A stretch of DNA of 64,000 nt. Origin: Batkoa obscura. Taxonomy: Eukaryota. Below are positions 1 to 16,006 of the stretch, piece after piece. The notes beneath the pieces are model-generated. The model was not told the origin of the DNA. It searched no databases and saw only the letters and a list, made by a program, of their open reading frames with translations. Location: the NCBI GenBank assembly GCA_030770535.1, contig JASVEC010000015.1, forward strand, positions 62,001 through 126,000, given 5' to 3'. The position numbers and the translations under genes are program-made. How positions within the stretch are numbered: the first letter of the stretch is position 1; each line of letters begins with the position of its first letter.

Positions 1-561
1 AGCTAATTTATAGTAGCAACAGGTAATTATTATTACTCCAATAAAAAAACTAAAGATTGAATAAAAATATGTAATCGACCCAATGATCGAATTTACTACA
101 GGATACTCACATATTAGCTCAGTAGCAGATGGTATCATTAGATGCTGCGATACACAATAAATGCCTAATCCAATAAAACCTAATCCATTTAAATGAATCG
201 CTAGATATACATATTTTGATAGTTTAATCTCAGATACTTTGCACAGTCTTTCTAAAGCTAAAAACACATTTATTTGAATCTCATAATAATAAGCTCCTCC
301 TATAATAAATCCCAGGATTTGACAGCCCAAGTTGATCTTAATCAACTTTATACCATATATGAAGTAATGCAAGTAATCGATAGATGTTACTAATGGCGCG
401 AAAAGTTCTACTGATGCAACTGCAATTATCAACTTTAAATCTTTTGTTAATGGTTTTACTTTAAAACAGATAAAAATCAAAAAATTATTTAAGAATACCG
501 CTACGAATGCTAAAGCAATGATAAAGTAGTTGATTGAAAAGAGGGGGCTATTATCATCCAT
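1..561 (-). CDS. 7TM class-A GPCR-like receptor, paralog 1 (5' part; runs off left edge of window)
   Basis: Manual translation from ATG at 561: MDDNSPLFSINYFIIALAFVAVFLN...LGCQILG...LALERLCK...CCYYKLA, colinear with the ORFs at 16202/19630/24377. Not in the ORF track because it is truncated by the window edge. Confidence 0.9.
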   Translation of the reverse strand, partial: MDDNSPLFSINYFIIALAFVAVFLNNFLIFICFKVKPLTKDLKLIIAVASVELFAPLVTSIDYLHYFIYGIKLIKINLGCQILGFIIGGAYYYEIQINVFLALERLCKVSEIKLSKYVYLAIHLNGLGFIGLGIYCVSQHLMIPSATELICEYPVVNSIIGSITYFYSIFSFFIGVIIITCCYYKLA

Positions 562-1324
562 TTAAATACAATGAAGTTAATTTTTTAAACAAAAGAATTA
601 GATTTAAAAAAGCCATTTATATACTAAATCTTTGATTAAAATTTTGTATAGTAAAGAATAATTATTCTGATTTTTATTAAAGCACACGAAAATTTATTTT
701 ATAATCATTTTTATTAAAGTTTAAAAATGCTGATATGTAAGCCACTAAATATATTACAAAAGCAATTTAAATGTGGTTTCTCTTTCATAATTTGACCGTT
801 TTATAAATTAAATGTTCTCACATAACTAGAATATCACTAATTACTTGATAGCATTTAATTAATAAAAAGATCAAATTATAAAAAAAAAATTACATTTAGA
901 TTATTGCTATAATGACAAATTAGCAGAAAGGTAGATAGATCAACGTTCAAGTTTAATTATAAAAATAAAGCTATAATATTTAAAAATTTCATGCTATCAT
1001 GCACAGAAAAGACATTTTTTATTTGAAGATGAAATCAAAGCAGGGAATTGTTTTTTATAAAATGAATAAAATTTTAAAAAAAAGAGAGCTTTTTAAGGAA
1101 TAATTGATAGGAGCGGTACATTCATTAAGATTTATGATTTAGCTACCATTACCAATAACAAATTATTCGGCATTTATAGTTTATTAAGCTTTTTTTAATA
1201 CTTTTATTTTCTATATTAAACAAAAGATGATTTATACCCTCTAATGTGTTTGTCATGACATTTATTCTCCAAAATGCTCAATAAACTAAGTAAAACTTTA
1301 AAATTATTCATAAAAGTAGATTAT

Positions 1325-1413
1325 GGGGATATCTCTTTGTTTAAGAAATTTATTACATTTTTTCAGCTTAATAGCGCTTAAAAGAAAAATGATAAAACCA
1401 AAAAAACACCCCC
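1325..1413 (+). mobile_element. MITE family A copy (shortened)
   Basis: TTAT|GGGGATAT...AATAGCGCTTAAAA...AACACCCCC|TTAT; 4-bp TSD TTAT. Confidence 0.85.
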
Positions 1414-2695
1414 TTATAGTTTTTGCTTAATTATGATGAATTTATTTTTCAAAAAAAGTAATAATCACTTACAGTATAACTCTGTTAAACTTTAAATATG
1501 TAGTGTTTTCTTCAAATTTTATATTTGTAAAGGAAAAATAAAAAATTTAATAAGAATAAATTTGAAAAATATAAAATACAAATGTCAATCCACATTTACA
1601 TTAATTAAAGAAAACACTGCAAATTTGAAATTCAATAATTTGTAAACATACATATTCCTGTTCTAAAAAATATCTGATTAGCTTCATTAACAATCTAAAA
1701 TTTGTCTTTTTTAAAATTGGTTTCATTTAAGTTGGAAAATTGTATAACGTATTGATATATATAATGAAGCATGATAATAGTAAGTGAGCAAAAAATTATT
1801 ATTTAATAGTTAGCACATATCTTATTAAGCTTTTTATACATAGTGACCTAAAAATAAAACTTATGTTAGAACATAGCTTTTATTGAGACTAATTTTTGCA
1901 AATTTTGGTCATTTTAAGAATAAACAAAAAACCTGTCTTTTAAAATAATATGATTTATTAAAAAAGCGGGATAATTCAATAAAATTAATATCAAATCATC
2001 TATACTTCCTTTGTGTATATTTTAAATTTTACAAACTACGTTTTATTGATTTTCATTCGAGTTTTTATAAATTCCTAGTTATTTTAGCTTAAGGGCCTTT
2101 TATAATTTATAAATGATATATTGGAATTGTCCATCTTAAATTGTAATAAAAATCGTAGTTAAACTAAAGATCATCTTTTTTAAATAAGTTAGTATCTAAA
2201 GTTTGACTAGTAATAGAAAAATAGTTAAAAAAATAGCGGCACCTAGTCTTATAAATACCCCTCTTGAATTTTCAAATAAACACTAGGTCTATGCTAATAA
2301 TAAATAATAATAATAACATTCTTTTATATTAATGATGTCATTTACAAAATTTATATAATAGCTCCTCCATGGCCTAAATCCAACTTACAAAGCTCAATCC
2401 TATTACTAAAAACCTTAATAACAACAAACTCATCCCCTATTAATTTTGAATTTGGCTAAATTCACCTAACCAAAAACCGCAATTGAAGGTTTTTTTAATC
2501 TGCTTTACTGCTCATTTAAGAAAAAAGAGGGTTATGTTAAAATTCAACTAAGGTATAAAGATGAGGCACTTTAAAAATTAGATATCTAAAATTTAATTAT
2601 ATAAATTACCGCTAAAATGTCATAAAAGAGTTGCAACAGTTGAAATCAAGAAAGTATAAAACCAAATCAAAGCTAATAAAACTTAATTTTTTAAA

Positions 2696-3931
2696 ATGAA
2701 CTTAAGTTTATTTGTAAATCTAGTTTTTTTCTTATCCACAATTGTTTGTTTCAATAAAGTAATAGTAGGGTACTACGCCCCATGGGACAAAATAATGCCA
2801 GACCAGGTACCCTATGATAAGTTAACACATATCAACTATGCGTTTGGTACCTTAACAAAGCTAACCAATTTAACCGATATCGGCTTTGATATTTATTATG
2901 ATGGTCCACACTTACGTAACTTAACCAAGTTAGCTAAGAAACATGGAGTCAAAACATTGATATCTTTAGGTGGGTGGACCGGCTCCCAAACATTTTCAAA
3001 AATAGTAACAAAAAAGAAGTATCGTACATCTTTCATCAATAATGCTATAAAATTTTTAAGGAAGAATACTAAAAAAGAGGATATACAGCAAACAGAATGG
3101 GATTTAGATGGAATTGATATTGATTGGGAGTATCCAGGAAGAAAAGGAGATTTGTGTAATATTTATTCAAAAGAGGATTCTAAAAATTATTTAGAATTGT
3201 TAAAGGAATTAAGATGTGCATTAGATAAAGAATTCCCACATAATCGAAAATTACTAACTGCTGCAGTAAGAGTAGAACCATTTGATGGACCTGATGGTAA
3301 ACCAATGAATGATGTTAGTGAATTTGCTAAACATTTTGATTTTATTAATATTATGGCATATGACCTAAATGGAGGCAATACTTTTACTGGGTCAAACTCG
3401 CCATTAATGGGGGCTAGGAATACACCTAATTCACTTATACAATCTATTTATTCTTGGCATAAAGCCGGTTTTCCGCTAAACAAAATTTGTGGGGGGCTAG
3501 CATTTTATGGCCGAGCACAAACAAGTAAAATAGATATGACTAAGGATAAATCAATACATCAACCAGCAGAATCAACTATTCCAAAGGGGGATAAAGATGA
3601 TCATAAACAAAAAAATAAAGCATGTTTAGAAGCCCCTGCTCTTTACAATGGATATTATCAATATAAAAATTTACGTCAAGATATTTTAAAGAAAGATCCA
3701 TTTACTCCAAACGCAGAATCTAACTATGTAAGGTATTTTGATAAAGTTAGTTTAACGCCATGGCTATTTAATAACAAGACTTATAAGTTTATATCTTATG
3801 ATGACCCCATTTCAATTCAACTTAAAGTTGATTATATAAGACTAAACAACTTAAAAGGAATTACATATTGGAACATGGCAGGAGATTTTAATAATGAATT
3901 ACTTGATATATGCCAAAGACTATTTTACTAA
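2696..3931 (+). CDS. Secreted GH18 chitinase (chitinase A)
   Basis: Signal peptide, THINYAF, SLGGW, catalytic DGIDIDWEYP, MAYD, SYDD. Confidence 0.95.
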   Translation: MNLSLFVNLVFFLSTIVCFNKVIVGYYAPWDKIMPDQVPYDKLTHINYAFGTLTKLTNLTDIGFDIYYDGPHLRNLTKLAKKHGVKTLISLGGWTGSQTFSKIVTKKKYRTSFINNAIKFLRKNTKKEDIQQTEWDLDGIDIDWEYPGRKGDLCNIYSKEDSKNYLELLKELRCALDKEFPHNRKLLTAAVRVEPFDGPDGKPMNDVSEFAKHFDFINIMAYDLNGGNTFTGSNSPLMGARNTPNSLIQSIYSWHKAGFPLNKICGGLAFYGRAQTSKIDMTKDKSIHQPAESTIPKGDKDDHKQKNKACLEAPALYNGYYQYKNLRQDILKKDPFTPNAESNYVRYFDKVSLTPWLFNNKTYKFISYDDPISIQLKVDYIRLNNLKGITYWNMAGDFNNELLDICQRLFY

Positions 3932-3989
3932 ATAAACAAACATACAAAAAAAGCTATTTTTATTTAAAAAATTTGATAAAGCAAAAAAA

Positions 3990-5564
3990 TTATGGGAAAT
4001 CACAAACAATTGAGCTTCCAGATTGTTTGCATACAGTTCCGGAACCGCAAGCGCTATTGGTCCATTTGCCAAATACACAACGTTGATAATCAGCACTCTT
4101 ACCACTGCTTACGCATTGGTAAGCACCTTCGCTACATGGTCCACCGGTTGGAACTGTAGAAGTAGTAGTAGTAACAGGTGGTTGAGTAGTAGTAGTTACT
4201 GGAGGTTTGGTAGTAGTAGTAACAGGTGGTTGAGTAGTAGTTACTGGAGGTTGAGTACTAGTAGTTACTGGAGGTTGAGTAGTAGTAGAGGTGACAGGAG
4301 GATTGGTTTGACCATCACGAATACCATTAGCAACATTCAATAATTCATCATTAAAATCTTGAGCCATGTCCCAATACATGACACCACGAAGATTCTTCTT
4401 TTTGGCATAATCAACTTTAATCTTAAGTGATTGAGGATCATCATAAGAAATAAACTTCTTTTGAGCATTAGAAAATAACCATGGAGTTTGAGTAACATTA
4501 TCAAAGTAACGGTTGAAGCCATTTCCTGGAGAAAGTGGTCCTCCAGTTAAAATATCTTGACGCAAGTATTTATATTTATAAACACCAGAGTAAAAAGTAC
4601 CTTCATTACAGAAAAAATTTGGATCATTAGCATCTGAAGAATCGCCTTTTGGAGTAACTGAATCTTTTTTAACATATTGATTGGTAGGATCTTGATTCAT
4701 ATCAACGAGTGGAGTTAAAGTACGTCCGTAATAAGCAAGTCCAGAGGTCAATTTATTAGCAGGGAATCCAGCAGCTAACCAATCATCAACACCTTGAGTA
4801 AATGAGAAAGGATCTCCACCACGAGCAGTGTCATAATTGTAAGGAGCGTTTGGACCGGTAGTAGCGGACCATGAACCCATAATATCATAAGCCATAATAT
4901 TAATAAAATCAAAGTATTGAGCATAAGCAGATACATCAGTCATTGGTTTGCCATCTGGACCATCAAATGGCTTAACACGAACAGCAGCAGTAATCAATTT
5001 ATGTTCATTTGGGAATTCTTTATCTAAGGCAGCACGCAATTCTTTAAGTAAGATAAGATAATTAGCAGAATCATTTGGAGAATAGACATTGCAAACAGCG
5101 GCAGCTCTACCTGGATATTCCCAATCAAGATCAATACCATCTAAATCCCAACCATCTGGGTTTGTTTCCCAATCTGGTTTAGTATTTTTACGTACAAAGA
5201 CTAAAGCATTATCAATGAATTTAGCACGTAAAGCAGGAGAAGCAGCAACGGTAGAGAAGGTTTGAGAACCTGTCCAACCACCAATGGAAATTAAAACTTT
5301 AACGCCTTTGGCAGCAGCTAAGGTTTTTAATTTACGAATACGATTACCATCATAGTAACGATCAATGAAAATAGAAGTTGGATCATCTTTTTTATAAAGT
5401 ACACCGAAACCATAATTGATATGAGTTACTTTACTGTAACTTAAAGCTTCAGGTTCAACTTTACCCCAAGGTACATAGTAACCAACGACTACTTTGTCTT
5501 GAGATAAAACAGCAGAGAATAAACTGGATAAAGCAATTAAAAGGGAAGAAGCAAACACTTTCAT
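3990..5564 (-). CDS. Secreted GH18 chitinase with Thr/Pro linker and C-terminal Cys-rich chitin-binding module (CBM19-like) (chitinase B)
   Basis: Signal peptide, SIGGW, DGIDLDWEYP, (TTTQPPV)n linker, C-terminal 6-Cys module CSEGAYQC...C...W...CGSGTVC...C. Confidence 0.95.
   Translation of the reverse strand: MKVFASSLLIALSSLFSAVLSQDKVVVGYYVPWGKVEPEALSYSKVTHINYGFGVLYKKDDPTSIFIDRYYDGNRIRKLKTLAAAKGVKVLISIGGWTGSQTFSTVAASPALRAKFIDNALVFVRKNTKPDWETNPDGWDLDGIDLDWEYPGRAAAVCNVYSPNDSANYLILLKELRAALDKEFPNEHKLITAAVRVKPFDGPDGKPMTDVSAYAQYFDFINIMAYDIMGSWSATTGPNAPYNYDTARGGDPFSFTQGVDDWLAAGFPANKLTSGLAYYGRTLTPLVDMNQDPTNQYVKKDSVTPKGDSSDANDPNFFCNEGTFYSGVYKYKYLRQDILTGGPLSPGNGFNRYFDNVTQTPWLFSNAQKKFISYDDPQSLKIKVDYAKKKNLRGVMYWDMAQDFNDELLNVANGIRDGQTNPPVTSTTTQPPVTTSTQPPVTTTQPPVTTTTKPPVTTTTQPPVTTTTSTVPTGGPCSEGAYQCVSSGKSADYQRCVFGKWTNSACGSGTVCKQSGSSIVCDFP
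4160..4300 (-). repeat. Coding tandem repeat (21-24 nt units) encoding the TTT(T)QPPV linker
   Basis: Repeated GGTTGAGTAGTAGT(AGT)TACTGGA / AACAGGT units on the + strand. Confidence 0.85.
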
Positions 5565-7465
5565 AGTTTGAATTAAAATAAATAAACAAAAACTGAAATA
5601 TTTTTAATGATTAAAGGTTGATTTCAAGTTTATTTATATACCATTTTTCAAAAAAGAGGATTTACTAGCAATTGCTTATTTACTATTAATAATAATCGTA
5701 GTTAGTATTTTTTAAATGACTGAATTTGTCATTAAACCTATTATTCTACTTCTCCTTACTTTTAATCATTTGATTTAAGTATTATTATCATTTTACTATT
5801 TTTATATTTATAATGAGTAACCAGCTGAAATAGTCATTGATGTTAATGACATTGACTTATAACCAGAACGTTAATAAAAAGGTAATTTTAATTTTAATAG
5901 GTTTTAACCAAGGATTTTATTTTGTATTTGCTCTATTTTTTATATAATAAAAGTAAGAATAAGTGAACAAACAGATAATAATAAGTCTTATTCTTATATT
6001 TATTAAATTTATTATTTTAAACAAGTTTAGTGGACTTTAACTATAATTAGTCACTTTGTCTTAAAAACTTTTAAACTTGATATTTTTTATAAAAAAAGAT
6101 AAAAAATGCCAATTTATAAAAGAGAATTCTTCCATATTTGGTTGAACTCAAGCTTATTCAAAAGTAGCGGAATTATCCGTTTAAAATATAATCTTTTGTT
6201 GAATCACTGGGTAAAACTCTTCAGCTCCACTAATCTCTCAGCTTTCTTTTTAAAACCTTATCTTTTCTTGATGAGCATTAACCTTAAATCATTCAAATAT
6301 CCTTGTTTATTTACAATACAAAACCCCTTTTTTCGGTCGAATTATTAATAAATGTTTTGGGCACTACTTTTGTTATTGTTAATACTTTATTGTACTTAAA
6401 TTTCATGAAAATTATACAAAAATTAGAAATATAAAAGTAAATTTAATATAGCTATGCAATAATAATAAACAAACTTTGACTGTTACATTAAATATTAAAT
6501 AATAAATAATTCTTAATAGTAGATCATACTCATTTAATAATAATAAACCCATCTATAAATGCGAAAAAAGGATTAAATAATAATAATAATATAAAAATCA
6601 TATTACATAAATTGGAAGCTTCGTTTTTAAATAATTATTACACTATGCTATTACCATTATACTTTATTTAGTATAATGCTTTTTTATTATATATTAATTT
6701 AAAGTCATTATTATTTTTATGGTTGTTATAAGGTTTCTATTTTGAATAGAAAGTAAGTTAAGTTGAAGATAACATTTTTAACACGGTTACTATATGGTTC
6801 AATTGTTAGCATTTAGTTAAAATATTAATCGACTTTTTTTAATTGTTTACTAAAACTTGGTAAGTTTAATTTTTTTATAAGGACTATCTTATGTCATTAC
6901 CCTATTAAAATTATAATAAATTATAATCGGTAAAAAATAATAATAGAAAATAATAAAAATATGGCGCTTTAATATTATATAAAACTATTCTTTAATACAA
7001 GTCAATAGAAACCTAAGTTTGTTTTTTAGTTTTTGTTTCTTATAAAAATTTTACATTAAAAAAGACATTCTAGATGTTAATTTTTTATTTCCCTTGAATT
7101 TAGTCTTATAAAACTTGTAATATTCAATTTTAATCCGATTTTTAAATATCCATTAATATTTTTTTATACTACTTTAAAATATAAGATCCTTTCAAAAATA
7201 ACAAGAATTTTTGGATTAAAAAATTAGAGCTAGTTATTGATTGCGACAGTAATTAAGATTTATGTCTAAAAACAAAAACAATTTAATAGCAAAAATAGTT
7301 TAATGTTGTAATTAGGTATTCTTACCGGGATTTTTCATTTGAAAGAATTATAGTTTCTTTTAAAATAATTGTATATTTCTATATTTTAAAATTCAAATTC
7401 AATATATCAAACAAAAATTCTAAAGTAATTAAATAAAATAAGATATTTGAATTTAATTTTAATAT

Positions 7466-7563
7466 GAGGATATATCTTTTTGTTTAAGAATTTTACTAAT
7501 AATCTTTCCATTTAAATAGCGCTTAAAAAAATGGAAAGTAATGAAATTAAAAAAAACATCCCT
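7466..7563 (+). mobile_element. MITE family A copy
   Basis: ATAT|GAGGATAT...AAATAGCGCTTAAAAAAATGGAAAGTAATGAA...ACATCCCT|ATAT. Confidence 0.85.
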
Positions 7564-8017
7564 ATATCTTAAAAAGAATTCAATTTTTAATATTTTCTAT
7601 GAATATAGCTTTATTTTTATTAATAATTGTTTTAATATTAAAAATCAGTTTAATAAAATAAAATAAAATAAAATAAAATAATATTAATATTAAATATTAT
7701 TTTAAAGTTAACTTATTCGAATTATTTTTAATATTTTATTGATTTTATATCAATTTCAATATTTATTTTTATTCTTTATATTTTTAATAATATTATTTTA
7801 TAATAACTTTTATTTTTAAACTGAGTTGATATTAATTTTCCAAAAAAATAAATAGAAAATAAAATCTAAACTAAAAACTACAAACTATATAAAACATAAT
7901 TTTTTTAATTAAAACATTTTAATAAATCAAATTATTATACAAACATGAAAATTAATTTAAACTCGCTTTTATTCAAAAAATAAGTTCATTCTCTATACTC
8001 CTTCTTCTTGTCCTCTT

Positions 8018-11421
<3,404 letters not shown>

Positions 11422-11628
11422 TATTATTTCTATTGAATCTAAAAAATAAAAATAAAAAATAAAAATAATAAAAATAATAAAAATAATAAAAATAATTCAT
11501 AAAAGTGACCGTTTTTAAAATATGAAATTTATTTGATTGGTGGAATTGAAGTTTAAACGTACTGATTAGAAATAATGAAAATAGGAATCAAAAGGAGAAC
11601 AATAAATAAGTAATCTAATATTATAATA

Positions 11629-13170
11629 TTAATTATAAATGATTTTCTTTGACTTAATAGAACTATTATTACGATTATTACTTTCATAAATCCTACTATT
11701 AATATACTCCAACTTTTTATATTTATTAAAATAATAGTGATAATCTTCATAACTTTCTCTTTTAGTATTAATAAATTGTAGTTGATCAATTAATTCATCT
11801 TCATAATCATGAGATAATTCCCAAAACATTACTCCCAATAGCCCAATTTTATTAGCATAATCCACTTTTAATTTAATCGATTCGATATCATCATAGCTAA
11901 TAAATTTATTTTGTTGACTATTAAATAACCAAGGAGACATAGTACTATTATCCCAATATTTTTTATACCCGTTAATGACTTTGTAATTATTATTATTATA
12001 TTGACTAACAACGTCTAAATCTTCATTATTTGTATTAATTGATTCTTCATTTGCATTCTCATTACTATTCTCATTAACAACATTATTAACTATATTATTG
12101 TGATTATTAACTATATTATTATTATTGTTATTATTCACTAGACTAATAGTATTAACATTATTATTGACAATAATATCTTTTCTAATAAATTTATATTTAT
12201 AAATACCAGAATAAGTACTTCCTTCATTACAATAAAAATTAGGTTCATTACTGTCACTTTCATCTCCTTTTGGAATTTCTTTTGCCTTATTGACAAAAAT
12301 TTTATTTGGATTTAAACTCATATCTTCTGTAGTTAAAAAAGTCCTTCCATAAAATGGCATACCCACTGTAATTTGATTAATTGGAAACTTAGCTTGAATC
12401 CAATTATCTATTGATTCTATAAATGAAAACGAATTTTTATCAATCTTCTTATGTAATAAGAAAGGTGAATTAGGTCCTGTTGTGTCTGACCATGGGCCCA
12501 TAGAATCATAAGCCATTATATTAATAAAATCAAAATATTTAGCATAACTACTAACATCTTTCATTGGCTGACCATAACTATTATCAAATGGTTCACATCT
12601 TACTGCTGCTGTTATTAATTTCTTTTCCTTTGTAAATTCCTTATCTATACTTTCCCTTAATTCCTTTAATAATTTCAAGTAATTCTCACTATCTTGAATA
12701 TCATAACTATTGCACATACTACCTTTTCGTCCTGGATATTCCCAATCAATATCAATGCCATCAAATCCCCAACCATTCGGATTTTCTTCCCATTCAGGTA
12801 ATGTATTCACTCTTAAATATAATAAACAATTTTCAATAAACCTTTTTCTTTCCTCTTTATCCCTAACAATTAAAGACATTGTTTGTGAGCCTGTCCAACC
12901 ACCAACCGATAATAATACTTTAACATTATGTTGTTTTGCTAAAGTAATAATCTTTTTAATTCGATTACCATCGTAATACCGATCAATTTTAATCTCACTG
13001 ACATTCTTTTTGTTCGTTAAAATACCAAATCCATAATTAATATGTGTTAATTTTTTATATGGAATATTTTCCGGTTCTAATTTACCCCATGGGACATAGT
13101 AACCAACAATCACTTTTTTAGTACTGAAAATGAAGGGAAGTAATGACAGTAAAAATAACAATAACTTCAT
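11629..13170 (-). CDS. Secreted GH18 chitinase with Asn-rich insertion (chitinase C)
   Basis: Signal peptide, SVGGW, DGIDIDWEYP, MAYD, SYDD; ~55-aa low-complexity Asn-rich insert before GYKKYWD. Confidence 0.93.
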   Translation of the reverse strand: MKLLLFLLSLLPFIFSTKKVIVGYYVPWGKLEPENIPYKKLTHINYGFGILTNKKNVSEIKIDRYYDGNRIKKIITLAKQHNVKVLLSVGGWTGSQTMSLIVRDKEERKRFIENCLLYLRVNTLPEWEENPNGWGFDGIDIDWEYPGRKGSMCNSYDIQDSENYLKLLKELRESIDKEFTKEKKLITAAVRCEPFDNSYGQPMKDVSSYAKYFDFINIMAYDSMGPWSDTTGPNSPFLLHKKIDKNSFSFIESIDNWIQAKFPINQITVGMPFYGRTFLTTEDMSLNPNKIFVNKAKEIPKGDESDSNEPNFYCNEGSTYSGIYKYKFIRKDIIVNNNVNTISLVNNNNNNNIVNNHNNIVNNVVNENSNENANEESINTNNEDLDVVSQYNNNNYKVINGYKKYWDNSTMSPWLFNSQQNKFISYDDIESIKLKVDYANKIGLLGVMFWELSHDYEDELIDQLQFINTKRESYEDYHYYFNKYKKLEYINSRIYESNNRNNSSIKSKKIIYN

Positions 13171-13628
13171 GAGTTATAATAACTTAAATTCTAAATAAAA
13201 ATAAGAGTCTTTAAAAAATCAAATTTTTTATAATGTTATGTTTTATATTAATTTCCTATTAAATTTATCAGTTAATTTTGGCTATTTCTTGTTTTTAAAC
13301 TAATTATATGTTTCAATAATTTCATAAATTAACTTGAAAAATTCAATTTATAAACATTCAACAGTTCCAAAATCAAATAAAACCAAACATTAAAAAAAAC
13401 GTCATACTATCAATAAAATAAAAATATATCAAACATTAAATAAAGCGTCATGTTATTTGGAATTATAAAATATCAAAATATCAAAATATCAAATATAATG
13501 ACATACTTATTACAAATAGAAAAAATTAATTAATATGTTATATATATCTCAAATACAAATACAAATACAAATACAAATAAAATTCCATTCAAAAAATTCC
13601 ATCCAAAAAACAATCAAATAACACTAAT

Positions 13629-14387
13629 TTATTTAACTAAATAAATGGGCCAATAAGTACCTGGTTTCATATTATAATCCTCATCCGAGATTTGATAACG
13701 ATAACGTTTGCCAGGTACTGGAGGTAAAAATGCATTTAAACTATCTTTGTCTTCCACAGTTAGCTTTAATTGAGCAATATTTTCCTCTAAAGTACCGATT
13801 TTAATTTCTTTACTTTCTTCTACTTCCTTATTTTCATTGCTTTCAATTTGTTTCATTGCTGGTTGATTCAATAATAACGCTACTTCTCCTTGTGTATAAG
13901 TTATTGTTTTTGGATAATTTCGACGCACATCTCGAGTAAAATAATAATTTTTACTTAATTTGGGACTAACTTCTCCTGGTGCCTGTTTATATGGAGTTTC
14001 AATCGAACTAAAAGAAAGTGAATTTTAGTATTACTTCTTGGATAAAAACACTCTAAGAATTTAATTCTACATCTTTGTTTTTTTTATTTCATTTTTTTAT
14101 TTAATGTAAAATTGAAAAGTCTTAATGGTTCAATATTCAAATAAAAAATAGCATTTCATTGACAAAAATAGAAAACAAAAGTATCTTAAAACTTACCCAG
14201 GTGGTATACGGAATTCACCCACTTTCATAGAAGATTCAAGTAAGGTTGGATTCTATTATAATAAAACAAAATAAAAATCAATGAATACTGATTAAAACAA
14301 AATTTCTTTCATCTTTAATTTCTACTAAATTTCAATTTCACTTACCACCGATAAATAATTTTTAAACATACGAAATAAGCTACCCAT
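13629..14387 (-). CDS. Mitochondrial complex I accessory subunit, NUZM/21.3-kDa (NDUFA7-related); 3 exons
   Basis: Spliced manually: MGSLFRMFKNYLSV / NPTLLESSMKVGEFRIPPG / SIETPYKQAPGEVSPKLSKNYYFTRDVRRNYPK...PPVPG; the YxxRDVRRxYP and PPxPG motifs are typical of this subunit; GTAAG donors. Confidence 0.75.
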
Positions 14388-14869
14388 TTTCTTTCTTTTT
14401 TCTAATATCAAATACTAATATTTTATTATATTGTTTAAAAAAATAGCTTTAATTTCTAAATCTTAGATTATCTGTAAATTCAATCAATAAAAAGTTTAAT
14501 CAAAAATTACTATCGATCCAAAAAAGAATGGGATTCAATCCAGCTTTTGGGATGATTTTCAAAGAGTGGCACTAGTATTCTTAAAACATTCAGAAATTGA
14601 AAAGTAATATAACTTAATAAACTAATAGCATTTAATATTATTAAAGGTAAATCTATTTTTTGTATCAATTTTTAATATAATAATAAAAATACTTGAATTT
14701 AGCATTGAAACTTAATAAAAAGATTATGCAGCTGGTCAGAATATACTTATTTCAGTTAAATTATCTTAACTTAAACTAATGAATTATTTAAGAAAGTGTT
14801 CATCAAGATTCAAAGTTCAAGTTCTGTTGATAATATAAATAAAGAAATTATTTATTAAAAATAACATAT

Positions 14870-14968
14870 GGGGATGTGTTTTTGTATTTAAGAATTTTAC
14901 TAGCAATTTTTCCACTCAAATAGCGCTTAAAAGGTGGAAAAAGTAATGAAGCCAAAAAAAACATCCCC
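14870..14968 (+). mobile_element. MITE family A copy (near-consensus, 99 bp)
   Basis: ATAT|GGGGATGT...TTTCCACTCAAATAGCGCTTAAAAGGTGGAAA...ACATCCCC|ATAT. Confidence 0.95.
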
Positions 14969-15747
14969 ATATCTATTAAAAAAGTGTTAAGTTTAAACTA
15001 AGATGTTATATATGGTTCATAAATTTAATAGGAAAGAAATTAACAGTAAATTAAAACAAAATAAAGGCATCTAAATGCAACCAGTTCTAAATTCTCTAAT
15101 GTTTTATATTCTTAAATTACATCCCTCATTATTACTGTAGAATTGAACTAATTAAAAATAAATGATGTATTAACAAAATCAAAGATTAAAGATATATCAG
15201 TTAAGTTGTTTCAAAAAGGTTATTGCTTACTTTTATGGAATGTTTTTAATTATACAGTAAAATGAGTCTGAAATAAAGGATATAATATTAATCTTCATTT
15301 AAAAGAATTCCAAAAGCTTACTAAGTTATAAATATTGGGCAAATAATAAACAATAAGGTTGCTTAAACTCTATTTGTCATTTAAATGGTGTACTTGAGTT
15401 ATTCCTAAAAAAAGTATCATTCAATTGATGTTTCATTGGTTTTTAATTCAAACTAGTTCTCAACCTGATCTCATGTTCAAAAAAGACGCTTTTGTTATCC
15501 ATGACAGTATGTCACTCTCAAATATTATACTGTTATTGAGCCTGATTATTCCTTTATATTTTTACTAACCTTGTTAGAACAGCTTGCAATTAAATATTCT
15601 TTGTTGTTTTTAATCTGTAGTCAAAATTTTAAGATAAATTTAAGGATATATAGAAAGTTGTAACCCTCAAATTCATACTAAAAAAAAACAATTACAAATT
15701 AGAAGCAACGACAAGTATTTCAAGTTGCTCTATATTAACTAGTTTAC

Positions 15748-16006
15748 GGTTGAGGTAGAGAACTGGTATAAAAAAATTACTAATAAATTTCTCAGATATA
15801 ATTCAAACTTTGTATTGCTTTTGTCAAAATTGATTACAGTAAAATGCAATATTATGTTAAGATAAAAGTAAGAGTTGGTATATAAAAAATCAGTTGTATT
15901 TACTTTTTAATTTAATTGACGTTTTTTGGGTTGAGTTTTGATTCTATATAAAAGATTTGTTTTTTGTAGGAGACTGATTTTATACCAGTTCTCTAAAACC
16001 TCAAGC
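15748..16006. mobile_element. Second non-autonomous TIR element (family B), ~259 bp
   Basis: Perfect 18-bp inverted repeat TAGAGAACTGGTATAAAA (15756-15773) / TTTTATACCAGTTCTCTA (15978-15995), extending to GGTTGAGG.../...CCTCAAGC; possible degenerate 8-bp TSD TAGTTTAC/TGGTTTAT. Confidence 0.55.

Noticed and set aside
4023..4522. ORF-track entries 4023-4343, 4337-4522, 3187-3378, 3920-4105 and similar (12710, 26135, 36648, 39478, 41803, 47682, 50738, 53606, 53911, 56619)
   Set aside because: Antisense or alternate-frame shadows of well-supported genes.
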